From the IMG/VR virus record IMGVR_UViG_3300021959_000022, positions 17,608 to 81,607 of that record: a stretch of DNA of 64,000 bases; one strand, written 5' to 3'. This stretch comes from a virus. Positions 34,863 to 44,285 of the stretch are shown piece by piece (within the stretch, counting starts at the first letter, position 1; every line of letters begins with the position of its first letter). Both the position numbers and the translations under genes were made by a program. The notes under the pieces were generated by a model. That model was not told the origin of the DNA, did no database searches, and was given only the letters and a program-made list of their open reading frames with translations.

Positions 34863-35542
34863 TGAACTGGAAGGGTTTGAAAATATTAGAAGTTTCCTTC
34901 ACCACTTATTGCAATGCGAATTGTCCATTGTGCATGAGGACAGATAAAAAAACCGGCAAGAAAAAAGAAAGTTTGCCACTGTGGCACTATGATATAGACA
35001 AGTTCAAGACACTGTGCGATCAATTGGACAAAACTGAAATAAGGAGCATACACTTCTGTGGCGATTATGGCGATCCCATGATGCACCCACACATAGAAGA
35101 AGCCATAGACTACGCCATCCTGCAGAAGGGCATGTTGGTGCAAGTTGACACCAACGGAGGTGTGCGTGACAAGGATTGGTACAAGAAAATGGCGGAAAAA
35201 TACGAAGGCAATCTCTACATAAATTTCTCTATCGACGGTTTTGATCAATCGACCAACTCCATCTACAGGATTGATGTTGATTTTGAAAAGGCCAAAGAAA
35301 ATTGCACAACATTCGCCAAATACAATCTGTGGCCGGGTAACTGCAATTGGCAGATGTTGATATTCAATCACAACTACCACCAGATCGATGAAGTTGCCAA
35401 CTACTGCAAGGCAAACGGCATAAGATTTGACTTCAAATTGAACAAAAGACACTGGCACAGGTACACAGTCAAGAACCCCGACATCATAGAGTTTGTAAAA
35501 GCTAAACAAAAAGAGTACAGTTATTTGACAGATGAATATTAA
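34862..35542 (+). CDS. Radical SAM core domain (#4) lacking its SPASM domain
   Basis: CNANCPLC, 'FCGDYGDP', 'FSIDG', 'WQMLIFNHNYHQ'; paralog of the N-terminal part of 32780. Confidence 0.8.
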   Translation: MNWKGLKILEVSFTTYCNANCPLCMRTDKKTGKKKESLPLWHYDIDKFKTLCDQLDKTEIRSIHFCGDYGDPMMHPHIEEAIDYAILQKGMLVQVDTNGGVRDKDWYKKMAEKYEGNLYINFSIDGFDQSTNSIYRIDVDFEKAKENCTTFAKYNLWPGNCNWQMLIFNHNYHQIDEVANYCKANGIRFDFKLNKRHWHRYTVKNPDIIEFVKAKQKEYSYLTDEY

Positions 35543-35783
35543 ATGTAAATCAAAAAAATTAATGATCAACTATGACAACACGGTGTGGCCTTGTTGTTGG
35601 GTGTGTACCAACCGTAGAGGTGATTATCTACAGTCATTACCAAAAGATTGGAACAGTCTGGATCATCACACCTTGGAAGAAATTTTAAATCATGAAGCAT
35701 TCACAAAGCACTACAACACAGAACATTGGAACGATGAGACCAAAGTAGACATAGAATGTAAGAGGGAGTGTGACCATGACTGA
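35532..35783 (+). CDS. Stand-alone SPASM/twitch Fe-S domain
   Basis: 'IKC...LMINYDNTVWPCCW...LEEIL...ECKREC' matches the C-terminus of 32780. Confidence 0.7.
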   Translation: MNIKCKSKKLMINYDNTVWPCCWVCTNRRGDYLQSLPKDWNSLDHHTLEEILNHEAFTKHYNTEHWNDETKVDIECKRECDHD

Positions 35784-37125
35784 GACAAAAAAATTGAGCG
35801 AAGATCTTAAGGTCGGAATAATCAAGGAAATTCTGGAGAGATACAATTTATCACCCCAAACATTTTGCTTGGCTCCTTACATGCACTTGGATTATGATCA
35901 GTCCGGGGAGATGCATTCCTGTTTCGAAGGCAAGTCTAAAATGGGAAATTGGAGGACTAATTCTGTGTTCGAGCAATTCAATAATGAAGAATATCAGAAA
36001 TTGAGGAAATCACACAGGATTGGAGACATAGTAAGCACACAGAAAAATTGTGAAACTTGTTACACGCACGAAGATCACAATGTGTATTCACATAGATTGA
36101 GAAACTTGGTGGACAAGTACAACATTATGGGGCACGCAAGGTTCGAAAGCTTGATTGAAACACTGTCAAAGGCAGACATCTCTTCGATTGAACCCAACAA
36201 TCTTGACCATGTAGAAATGAGATTGTCTAATTTCTGTAATCTGAGATGTATGCATTGCGATCATAGATCTTCCACTCAGTGGCTAAATTTCTACACCAAT
36301 CAAGAAAATATTGATAAAGCCAGAGAAGTTGGCATTGCGATTCATCCCGATGCGAACGCTGAAAATATCATGCAGTTCTTCAATGATCATCAACACAGCA
36401 CTGCCAAACATTTCGACGAGATAGTCAAGACGCTACAGAATTCAAAACTCATTACTTTTTCGGGCGGTGAGCCGTTGCTGGATCCATACTACAAGCCATT
36501 AATGGACGAAATAGTAAAAAGTAAAAATTGTTCTACAAAGTCCTTGGATATCCATTCGAATTTGAACATAAAAGACATCACTGCATATTTTGATCACTGG
36601 AAGAAATTCAAAAAGGTATCCATTTATGTAAGCATAGACTGTCCTCCATCCACATACAAATATTTCAGGAGAAATGGAGACTGGAATTTGGTCGCCAGCA
36701 ACATTAAGAAAATTAAGAATGAATGTTCGCAAGTCAGCGTGATAGGACATCTTACGTTCAGCCTTTTCGGTGCACTGCGGTACAAAGAAATTGCAGACAC
36801 ATGGGAGGACATGGCCCTCGAACCAAACTCGAGCATTGTAATCTTAGGACCAACCAGTTCGAGGTATCTATCAGATCCTCTCAAACAATCAGCATTGTCG
36901 CAGATGAATGAAGTGTTGCAGAACAAAGATGGAAAATATTCCAATGGTTTGGTTAGAATGACTGATAAATGCAAGACATACCTGCTGAACACAGAAAGTT
37001 ATGGAGAAAATATACATCATGAAGTCATCGGTTGGTGCAAATTGCACGATAAAAAAACAAACTTGCAAACTTTAGACTTTTATCCTGAGCTCAAAATGTA
37101 CTATAATAATAACAATGTCAAATAA
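35776..37125 (+). CDS. Radical SAM protein with N-terminal twitch-like domain (#5)
   Basis: CNLRCMHC, 'FSGGEP'; N-terminal 'FCLAPY...SCF...NCETCY'; SD GGGAG before ATG 35776. Confidence 0.85.
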   Translation: MTETKKLSEDLKVGIIKEILERYNLSPQTFCLAPYMHLDYDQSGEMHSCFEGKSKMGNWRTNSVFEQFNNEEYQKLRKSHRIGDIVSTQKNCETCYTHEDHNVYSHRLRNLVDKYNIMGHARFESLIETLSKADISSIEPNNLDHVEMRLSNFCNLRCMHCDHRSSTQWLNFYTNQENIDKAREVGIAIHPDANAENIMQFFNDHQHSTAKHFDEIVKTLQNSKLITFSGGEPLLDPYYKPLMDEIVKSKNCSTKSLDIHSNLNIKDITAYFDHWKKFKKVSIYVSIDCPPSTYKYFRRNGDWNLVASNIKKIKNECSQVSVIGHLTFSLFGALRYKEIADTWEDMALEPNSSIVILGPTSSRYLSDPLKQSALSQMNEVLQNKDGKYSNGLVRMTDKCKTYLLNTESYGENIHHEVIGWCKLHDKKTNLQTLDFYPELKMYYNNNNVK

Positions 37126-38524
37126 ACTTCCTTCTAACACTTTCTGCATACTGCCATGGATGCATCTATCCACGAGACCGGATGGGTCAATGCGTGTGTG
37201 TTGCACAGCCAATGCATCTTCCGTGGGGGCCACAAATGACAAAAAGCATGGAGGACAGGTAGGCATCCTCAAAGACGAAGAGGGTAGACCAAACAATTTG
37301 AATGTGAGTGATTTCCTTTCTTCTTGGAATTCTACATACATGAAGAATGTTCGCAAACAGATGTTGGCAGGCGAACAACCGCCATCATGTTTGAAATGTT
37401 ATAAGGAAGAGGCCGCAGGACACAGAAGCAAAAGGCAATGGGAAACAGAGTATTGGCTGAACAACGGTGCCGATCTCGAGACTCTGATAAAAGACACAAC
37501 TCCCGAAGGAGAAGTACCGCCGCGTTTGGAATACATTGATTTGAGATTCGGCACCAAATGCCAGTTGGCCTGCATCATGTGTTCACCACATGATTCTTCG
37601 GGTTGGATCAAGGACTGGAAGGCAGTGTTCCCCAAGGTGCAGAATCCCGAACTTAAAGAAATCATGCAGTGGGAGAACAAAGGATCCACCAACAATTCAT
37701 CCTACAATTGGCACAAGAACAATCCTACATTCTGGAAGCAGTTCTATGATCAAATTCCACACATGAAACAGGTTTACTTCGCTGGCGGAGAAAGTTTGAT
37801 CATTGAGGAACATTATGAGATATTAGAAGAGATCATCAGGCAAGGTCACAATGACAGGATCGAATTGCGATACAACTCCAATGGTGTTGAATGGCGTGAT
37901 GACTTGTTCGAACTATGGAGCAAGTTTAGGAAAGTTCGATTCCACTACTCGGTTGATTCGATAGGTGCAATGAATGAATACATAAGGTATCCTTCCAAGT
38001 GGAAACGCACAGAAGAAGTGTTCCACATACTGGACAAACAAACCACAAACAACGTAGAAGTCACAGTGGCGTGTGCAGTCCAACTGCTGAACATCTATTA
38101 CATTCCAGACTTTATCCAATGGAAACTTGAACAGGGATTTAATAAAATTAACATGTGGCCGTTTGGTGCAGGTGGTATCAACTATCATTTTGTGTATTGG
38201 CCGGGACATCTCAATGTCAAAGTATTGCCCGAGTGGTTCAAGAAGAAATGCAGAGACAAGTATGAAGCATGGTATCCATGGTGGGAAAAGAATTGGGAAA
38301 AGGGAATTCCAACATGGCACGAAGGCAAAGTCGAACACAGCGAATGGCGTGATGCAAACTATGGCATCAAAAGATTAGAAGGAATGCTATCTTTCATGGA
38401 ATCGGAAGACTGGAGCCAAAGGCTGCCACAGACAAGAGAGTTCTTGCAATTGAACGATGCTCACAGATCAAACTCTTTTGCAGACACCTTTCCGGAAATG
38501 AAGGACATATTCCGTGACATCTAA
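37115..38524 (+). CDS. Radical SAM protein with N-terminal twitch-like domain (#6)
   Basis: CQLACIMC, 'FAGGE'; N-terminal 'FCILPW...VCC...SCLKCY'. Confidence 0.85.
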   Translation: MSNKLPSNTFCILPWMHLSTRPDGSMRVCCTANASSVGATNDKKHGGQVGILKDEEGRPNNLNVSDFLSSWNSTYMKNVRKQMLAGEQPPSCLKCYKEEAAGHRSKRQWETEYWLNNGADLETLIKDTTPEGEVPPRLEYIDLRFGTKCQLACIMCSPHDSSGWIKDWKAVFPKVQNPELKEIMQWENKGSTNNSSYNWHKNNPTFWKQFYDQIPHMKQVYFAGGESLIIEEHYEILEEIIRQGHNDRIELRYNSNGVEWRDDLFELWSKFRKVRFHYSVDSIGAMNEYIRYPSKWKRTEEVFHILDKQTTNNVEVTVACAVQLLNIYYIPDFIQWKLEQGFNKINMWPFGAGGINYHFVYWPGHLNVKVLPEWFKKKCRDKYEAWYPWWEKNWEKGIPTWHEGKVEHSEWRDANYGIKRLEGMLSFMESEDWSQRLPQTREFLQLNDAHRSNSFADTFPEMKDIFRDI

Positions 38525-39722
38525 AGTACCATCAACAGTTTGTGCGGCACCTTGGATGCACTTCGCAGTCAGTACTCATCCTGACGGATTTATCACAATG
38601 CCTTGTTGTAGATTTAGACTGGGCAGTGATTCGGAATATCGCAAACACAAGTTCCAACAGCCAGAACTCGCTGTAAGCCAGAGAGGTTACTTCGAAGACA
38701 TAAGGCAGAGAATGTTGGCCGGGGAAAAATTAACCGGTTGCAACAAGTGTTGGCGTGAAGAAGAGCACAAAGGGTACAGTTATAGGACGCTCATGTTCGA
38801 CCGACTGGGCATAGATGAGATCGATCACCAAGCAGGATTCAATCTCAAGTATTTGGAGATTTTCTTTTCAAATTTATGCAACCTATCATGCAGGATGTGT
38901 GATATAATGCAGTCCAGCCAATGGGCAAATCTATACAATAATGCATTTATACCCGCTGGTATCACAGACAATCAAGTTGTGCCCGAAGAATATTTGGACG
39001 AAACCGGGCGTGCCAAGACCAGTCCTGTGAGCTTTGATTTATCACTCTTAGACAAACTGGATCTCAGTGACCTCATCGAAGTCAAGATACTTGGCGGAGA
39101 ACCAATGATCACTCCGGATCACTTGGTGTTCTTGGAAAGATTGATGAAGGACAGCAAACAACCCAACAAGATAAAATTGGTGTATCACACCAATGCCACC
39201 AAACGACCACCCAAGCAAGTGGTAGATTATTGGAAACAAATGGAAAAGATAGAAATCGTTTGTAGCATCGATGGTTACGGAGAGGTCAACGAATACCAAC
39301 GGATAGGTAGCAACTTCGATACGATCCAAGACACGATCGATTGGTACAAATCACTGGACGCAAACATTGAACTGAGAATACATTCTACCATTAGCCTTTT
39401 GAACGTGTGGAAGATCGATGAATTGGTAAAATGGAGCAAGACAATCACAACTGAGAACATATCCTTCGACTTCGTACAACGACCGTCCTATTTGGATGCA
39501 ACCATAATGCCTGATGAAGCCAAAGTTAAGTGTAATGAAGTGATCCAAAATTCAACCGATCTTTCACAATCACAAAAGCAGTTTATTCTTGCATATTTGA
39601 ATTCTAAAAGTTATAATATACCGTACTGGAAGGAGTTTTGGAACAGGATGACAGCGATTGACAAATACACCAAACAGTCATTGAAAAACATAGCACCACA
39701 ATTAGAGGAATACAGAATATGA
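38514..39722 (+). CDS. Radical SAM protein with N-terminal twitch-like domain (#7)
   Basis: CNLSCRMC, 'LGGEP'; N-terminal 'VCAAPW...PCC...GCNKCW'. Confidence 0.85.
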   Translation: MTSKVPSTVCAAPWMHFAVSTHPDGFITMPCCRFRLGSDSEYRKHKFQQPELAVSQRGYFEDIRQRMLAGEKLTGCNKCWREEEHKGYSYRTLMFDRLGIDEIDHQAGFNLKYLEIFFSNLCNLSCRMCDIMQSSQWANLYNNAFIPAGITDNQVVPEEYLDETGRAKTSPVSFDLSLLDKLDLSDLIEVKILGGEPMITPDHLVFLERLMKDSKQPNKIKLVYHTNATKRPPKQVVDYWKQMEKIEIVCSIDGYGEVNEYQRIGSNFDTIQDTIDWYKSLDANIELRIHSTISLLNVWKIDELVKWSKTITTENISFDFVQRPSYLDATIMPDEAKVKCNEVIQNSTDLSQSQKQFILAYLNSKSYNIPYWKEFWNRMTAIDKYTKQSLKNIAPQLEEYRI

Positions 39723-40774
39723 CCATAGCGACCTACACAGAATTCCAACCGTTAAAAGAAGTATTGGTTGGATCAGCATTTGAAACATCTAATTTTGATC
39801 ATGTTGAAGATCTTGAAGCAAGAGATCTGTTCAAACGAGTCTTTGAGGAAACCAACGAAGATTTGGAAACGCTGTGTGGTATTTTAAAACAAGCAGGTGT
39901 GACTGTACACAGACCCAAACAAATATTCAATTTCAGTGAAGAACAAACAGTGATCACACCATGGATGAAATCTTGGTTTCCAAATCACCCATTGATGCCA
40001 AGGGACATAATGGGAGTGTATGGTTCCAATGTGGTTGAACACTTCACCGGTGATGCTGGAAGATTCTTTGAGAACCTGGCATATCAACCCATCAGCAGAT
40101 CGTTGTATGACAGGGGTATGAGATGGCTGAGCATGCCGATGCCGTATGTGACCACAGACAAGATCCCATACAAAGACATGAACAACAGCCAAATCTTTTA
40201 TCATGCCGCAAATGTCATCAAATGTGGCAAGGATCTATTTTACAGCCTTCCCGGCGATGTTGATTTCGTTAAAGGCAAAGGCACTTCAGCAGGCATAGAA
40301 TGGCTACAACGTGAGTTGGGCGATCAATTCAGATGGACAAAGATTCCAACTGGCGGCCACGCGGACGGCAAAATTGCACTGTTAAAACCCGGTGTGTTGA
40401 TGACCTGGAACAGGAATTGGGTTCCAGAGAAGTTGCAGGATTGGGACATCATCGAAGTCAGATCCGAAACCGAACTGCCAAATGAAATACAGTACATGAA
40501 AAAACAGAGATACTACAAAAACTTCATCCAAGAATGGTTCTCGCATTGGATAGGTTGTGTGGAAGAAACTGTGTTCGATGTCAATGTGTTTTCCATAGAC
40601 GAATCCACAGTAATCTGCACAGGCAAGAATCAGTACGCATTCCGTAGGATGGAGAAGCATGGCATCACCCCTATATATTGGAAGTTCAGACATCAATATT
40701 TTTGGGATGGCGGCATACACTGTGTCACACAGGATCTTGTGAGAGAAGGCAATCAAGAGGATTATTTTGCTTAA
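39719..40774 (+). CDS. Amidinotransferase (glycine/inosamine-phosphate amidinotransferase family, pentein fold)
   Basis: 'EFQPLKEVLVG', 'PRD', 'HADG' and terminal catalytic 'GGIHCVTQD'. Confidence 0.8.
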   Translation: MTIATYTEFQPLKEVLVGSAFETSNFDHVEDLEARDLFKRVFEETNEDLETLCGILKQAGVTVHRPKQIFNFSEEQTVITPWMKSWFPNHPLMPRDIMGVYGSNVVEHFTGDAGRFFENLAYQPISRSLYDRGMRWLSMPMPYVTTDKIPYKDMNNSQIFYHAANVIKCGKDLFYSLPGDVDFVKGKGTSAGIEWLQRELGDQFRWTKIPTGGHADGKIALLKPGVLMTWNRNWVPEKLQDWDIIEVRSETELPNEIQYMKKQRYYKNFIQEWFSHWIGCVEETVFDVNVFSIDESTVICTGKNQYAFRRMEKHGITPIYWKFRHQYFWDGGIHCVTQDLVREGNQEDYFA

Positions 40775-42095
40775 GAGCCAATTAAAATATGACATACTTT
40801 TAGACTCGTTGGGTCATACCGACGGCACTCTACTGCAACCATCACCTCGATGCATCGCTCCATTCTTGTGCCTCACAATAGATCCCAATGGAGATGTTTT
40901 CACGGACTCTGTGTACAGATTGGCATTAGGCAATCTGCATGAACAGTCTCTCAAGGAAATCTGGGAAGGCGACACTTGGAAACAACTGAGGCAGGATCAG
41001 ATAGACAGGAAGATAAATCCTGGGTGTGTTGATTGTGCAAACAAAGACAAGATGATAGGCCACAGTCGTAGAAGATTCTATGACACTTTTTTTATGTACA
41101 GGATGCCACGGAATCAAATGGAACCGATCACAGACGACCAAGGCTGGAATCTCACCCTAAGACCCAAAGTGACAGATTACAATAATCCCAATTTCCTTTA
41201 TCTCGATATCAGCACATCAAACAAGTGTAATTTAAAATGTGTACATTGCAGAGGAGCCGTCAGCACAGGATGGATACCCGACGAAAAGAAACTTCAAAAG
41301 TCTGACATCAAGGATTTGAGGATGAACAGGTTTGGTGTGTACAGCATGGAAACTGATGTGATTGATAAGATATTCCAATTTCCAGAGTACTTTAAGAATC
41401 TAAGATATGTTGCACTGCGTGGCGGTGAACCCACATACGAAGCCAAGAACAAGATCATCCTCAAAAAATTGATCGATCTTGGTTGGAACAGCCAGATCAC
41501 CATAGACATTTCGACCAACGCCACAGTGAACGACGAGGAATTCATGGACCTGTTAGGACAGTTTGAAAGTGTGATGCTCTACATCAGCATCGAGGGAGTC
41601 GGTGAAATGTATGAGTATTGTAGAGGTGGCAAGCAGTACAAGATAGACGATCTCGAGAAGATGATATTCAAATACGCAAACTTGCGAAACAACGAAATTT
41701 GTGTTACATTTACAAGCATGGCCACAAACATATTCAACATCAGGGCAACTTGGGATTGGCTACAGAAGTACAGGGATTATTGCACCTTCTCATTCTCCAA
41801 CACAGTGAGCCAGCCGGAATATCTCAGCCTTGGAGCATTGAACAATGAAATGAGGAAAGAAGCATACGACATGATACAGGACATACACGAAGACATGCCA
41901 TGGCCGGGCGAGTTCAACAGAAGTTATCAAGCGGGGATAGACAAGTTGAAGGTCAATCTCAACAAGCCTGAGCTACCGAACTGGCAAACATATTTTAACA
42001 ATTTCAAAAGGTACATCACTGCCATAGACAAAGTGAGAAACACAGACTTTTTAGAAATAGAACCAACATACAGGAAATTTTGGGAGATAAAATGA
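40767..42095 (+). CDS. Radical SAM protein with N-terminal twitch-like domain (#8)
   Basis: CNLKCVHC, 'RGGEP'; N-terminal 'RCIAPF...LGNL...GCVDC' (the CC pair is replaced by 'DS'). Confidence 0.8.
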   Translation: MLKSQLKYDILLDSLGHTDGTLLQPSPRCIAPFLCLTIDPNGDVFTDSVYRLALGNLHEQSLKEIWEGDTWKQLRQDQIDRKINPGCVDCANKDKMIGHSRRRFYDTFFMYRMPRNQMEPITDDQGWNLTLRPKVTDYNNPNFLYLDISTSNKCNLKCVHCRGAVSTGWIPDEKKLQKSDIKDLRMNRFGVYSMETDVIDKIFQFPEYFKNLRYVALRGGEPTYEAKNKIILKKLIDLGWNSQITIDISTNATVNDEEFMDLLGQFESVMLYISIEGVGEMYEYCRGGKQYKIDDLEKMIFKYANLRNNEICVTFTSMATNIFNIRATWDWLQKYRDYCTFSFSNTVSQPEYLSLGALNNEMRKEAYDMIQDIHEDMPWPGEFNRSYQAGIDKLKVNLNKPELPNWQTYFNNFKRYITAIDKVRNTDFLEIEPTYRKFWEIK

Positions 42096-43033
42096 GCAAC
42101 AAATTCTCGGGACTTTTTAAAGACTACTTGGGCACTACTGGCAACAGCACTACCATAGAACCACCCTTTAAATTCTTACAGGATCATGTCAAGGAACATG
42201 GATGGTTCAATATCGATTACGATGTACAAGACGAGTATCTGGACACTTTCACACAATGGATCAAGTCTTCCAAGTTGAACAAGGTGGAAGGCCTCGACAC
42301 TTTTCCATTCAAGTATGTGAGCCTTGGTGCCACACAAACACTGGATTGGTTCCATTATGAATGTGCAAGGAACAAATGGCGACTCAGAATGCTCAGAGGC
42401 GAGTACCCGTACAACAGAGATGTACATGAATTCTATTGGGAATGGTTCATAGACGATGAAAACGAACCACTACAAAAAAATGATGCGGTGGTGATGAGTG
42501 TGCCTTTTTCTGGTGCAGGTCACATCCATCCGAGGTATTATGAAATATTAGAAAAGTGTGATCAACTCAATATTCCTGTTATGATTGATTGTGCATGGTT
42601 TGGTACTTGTTATGGTCTTGAGTGGACTTTGGATTTCAACTGCATCAAAGTGGTTGCTTTCTCCACAACCAAGGGTTTGGGCACAGGACAATTCAGATCT
42701 GGCATCTGCTACACCAAATGGAAATACGGCCCGATGGCTGTGCAAACAGAATGGCATCATGGCATCCATTTGAACACATATGTTGGTAACATGCTGATGA
42801 AAGAATTCAGTCCTGACACTGTGCCAAACTTGTACAGAGAATCTCAGCACGAGGTGTGCAAATACTTTGGTTTAGTACCATCGCCCACAATCCATATAGC
42901 ATCTGGCAGAAAACCAGATTGGGATTTTTTCCATAGAGATAGTTCATACAACAGAATCAACATAAGGAAGCCTGTGTTTGACTATTATAAAAATAAGTTT
43001 TATAATGTAGTTGAGGAAAGATTGAATGGCTAA
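42092..43033 (+). CDS. PLP-dependent enzyme (fold type I, aminotransferase-like)
   Basis: 'VMIDCAW' (DxA) and 'FSTTKGLG...RSG' (Schiff-base Lys); SD GGAG before ATG 42092. Confidence 0.7.
   Translation: MSNKFSGLFKDYLGTTGNSTTIEPPFKFLQDHVKEHGWFNIDYDVQDEYLDTFTQWIKSSKLNKVEGLDTFPFKYVSLGATQTLDWFHYECARNKWRLRMLRGEYPYNRDVHEFYWEWFIDDENEPLQKNDAVVMSVPFSGAGHIHPRYYEILEKCDQLNIPVMIDCAWFGTCYGLEWTLDFNCIKVVAFSTTKGLGTGQFRSGICYTKWKYGPMAVQTEWHHGIHLNTYVGNMLMKEFSPDTVPNLYRESQHEVCKYFGLVPSPTIHIASGRKPDWDFFHRDSSYNRINIRKPVFDYYKNKFYNVVEERLNG
42978..43006 (+). promoter_or_regulatory. Internal sigma70-type promoter
   Basis: TTGACT-17 nt-TATAAT inside the 3' end of the PLP gene; GAGG SD and ATG 43026 follow. Confidence 0.6.
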
Positions 43034-43823
43034 CTTAAGATACATCACCTGTTGCAAGAATTACAGACAGCAAATTATCGAACGATTCAGACCTGCACAA
43101 AAGATACCAAAGTTCTTCAGCAAGAGCGAAATAGAAAAGATAAGGCTGTATCAATTTCAAAATGCACACAGAGCCAAGTTTCAAGAAACAGCATCCAACA
43201 TACAGTCTGTAGTTGATATGACAGACATGTTTAAAAAGATGCCATGGTTGCAGTATAGATTCGAAGAATTATTCGGCAGGGGAGAATTTTCTACTGAACA
43301 CAGCGGTAACTTTTACATCACCACACAGCCACACGATTGCCACGTTGATTTGCCCACTGAGGATGAACACACATATAGATGGTATGACAACATGATTCCG
43401 TGGAAGAGTGTGATTATTCCTCTGTTCTTAAGACATGGAACTAAAGCTTGGACAGCATTTTACAAACAAAGACGCATTGGCTATTCAGTGACGTTTGACA
43501 GAGATTTTTCCAGCAGTCAAGATAATTCTGCATACAGGATAGCAAGAGTGTATGATGGACTTATTGATCAGTTCGGCAATCCCACAGATCCTGAAAAAGA
43601 TTATGGACAGTGGAGCGAACAAAGATATCCACATGTGTCACAAAATAATTTGAGAGGTTTCGAAGAGGAAACAATATTAGAACACGAAACAGGAAGTTTA
43701 TTTGTGTTTGATGCTTGTCAGATACATGCCAGTGTGCTTCACGATGGTAAACCTGCCGACTGGATGAAGAACGGAATCAACATACAATTTTACAAATATC
43801 ATGACAGTTCAAAAGAGTTTTGA
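43026..43823 (+). CDS. Putative Fe(II)/2OG dioxygenase (PhyH-like)
   Basis: 'CHVD' HxD and 'GSLFVFD...IHAS'. Confidence 0.55.
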   Translation: MANLRYITCCKNYRQQIIERFRPAQKIPKFFSKSEIEKIRLYQFQNAHRAKFQETASNIQSVVDMTDMFKKMPWLQYRFEELFGRGEFSTEHSGNFYITTQPHDCHVDLPTEDEHTYRWYDNMIPWKSVIIPLFLRHGTKAWTAFYKQRRIGYSVTFDRDFSSSQDNSAYRIARVYDGLIDQFGNPTDPEKDYGQWSEQRYPHVSQNNLRGFEEETILEHETGSLFVFDACQIHASVLHDGKPADWMKNGINIQFYKYHDSSKEF

Positions 43824-44274
43824 TGAGTTCAGAGATAAGTTTCTTGCATGGAGCGAATCTCACATAGAAAAGGTGAAACCCAACGGGTTTCCTGTTTGTC
43901 CATACGCAAGAAAAGCCAGACTGGGCAATGAGATACAGTTCATTGATGCACGGGAAAATATAAACTCTTGTGTGGACGAATTAGATCTCAAGAAATACAT
44001 GATAGCCATATGCTGGTTGGGAGACGAGATGGCATACACCCAAAAATACATCGACAAGAAGATCAAAGAGTTTTCAGAAGATCCCAAGCACACCAATCTA
44101 TTATTCTTTATCAGCAATAAAGAATCAGGTGCTTTTGTTAAGAACTTTACCAACTGCATATTTGTGCAGATCAAAAGCGATATCATGAGCAGGAGAGCCT
44201 ATCTAAAACACACTAATTACTACGATAATTGGCCTGCGGAGTATTACAAGTACATTACAGGCGAGGACAAGTAA
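43801..44274 (+). CDS. Hypothetical protein (DUF1415-like CPYA motif)
   Basis: 'W...IEK......PVCPYARKA' motif. Confidence 0.45.
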   Translation: MTVQKSFDEFRDKFLAWSESHIEKVKPNGFPVCPYARKARLGNEIQFIDARENINSCVDELDLKKYMIAICWLGDEMAYTQKYIDKKIKEFSEDPKHTNLLFFISNKESGAFVKNFTNCIFVQIKSDIMSRRAYLKHTNYYDNWPAEYYKYITGEDK

Positions 44275-44285
44275 AACACCGCTGT

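Noticed and set aside
39719-40774. Amidinotransferase as archaeosine synthase for the dpd cluster
   Set aside because: Archaeosine formation uses ArcS, QueF-like or GAT-QueC on preQ0; this is a pentein-fold Arg-dependent enzyme in a different operon on the other strand.
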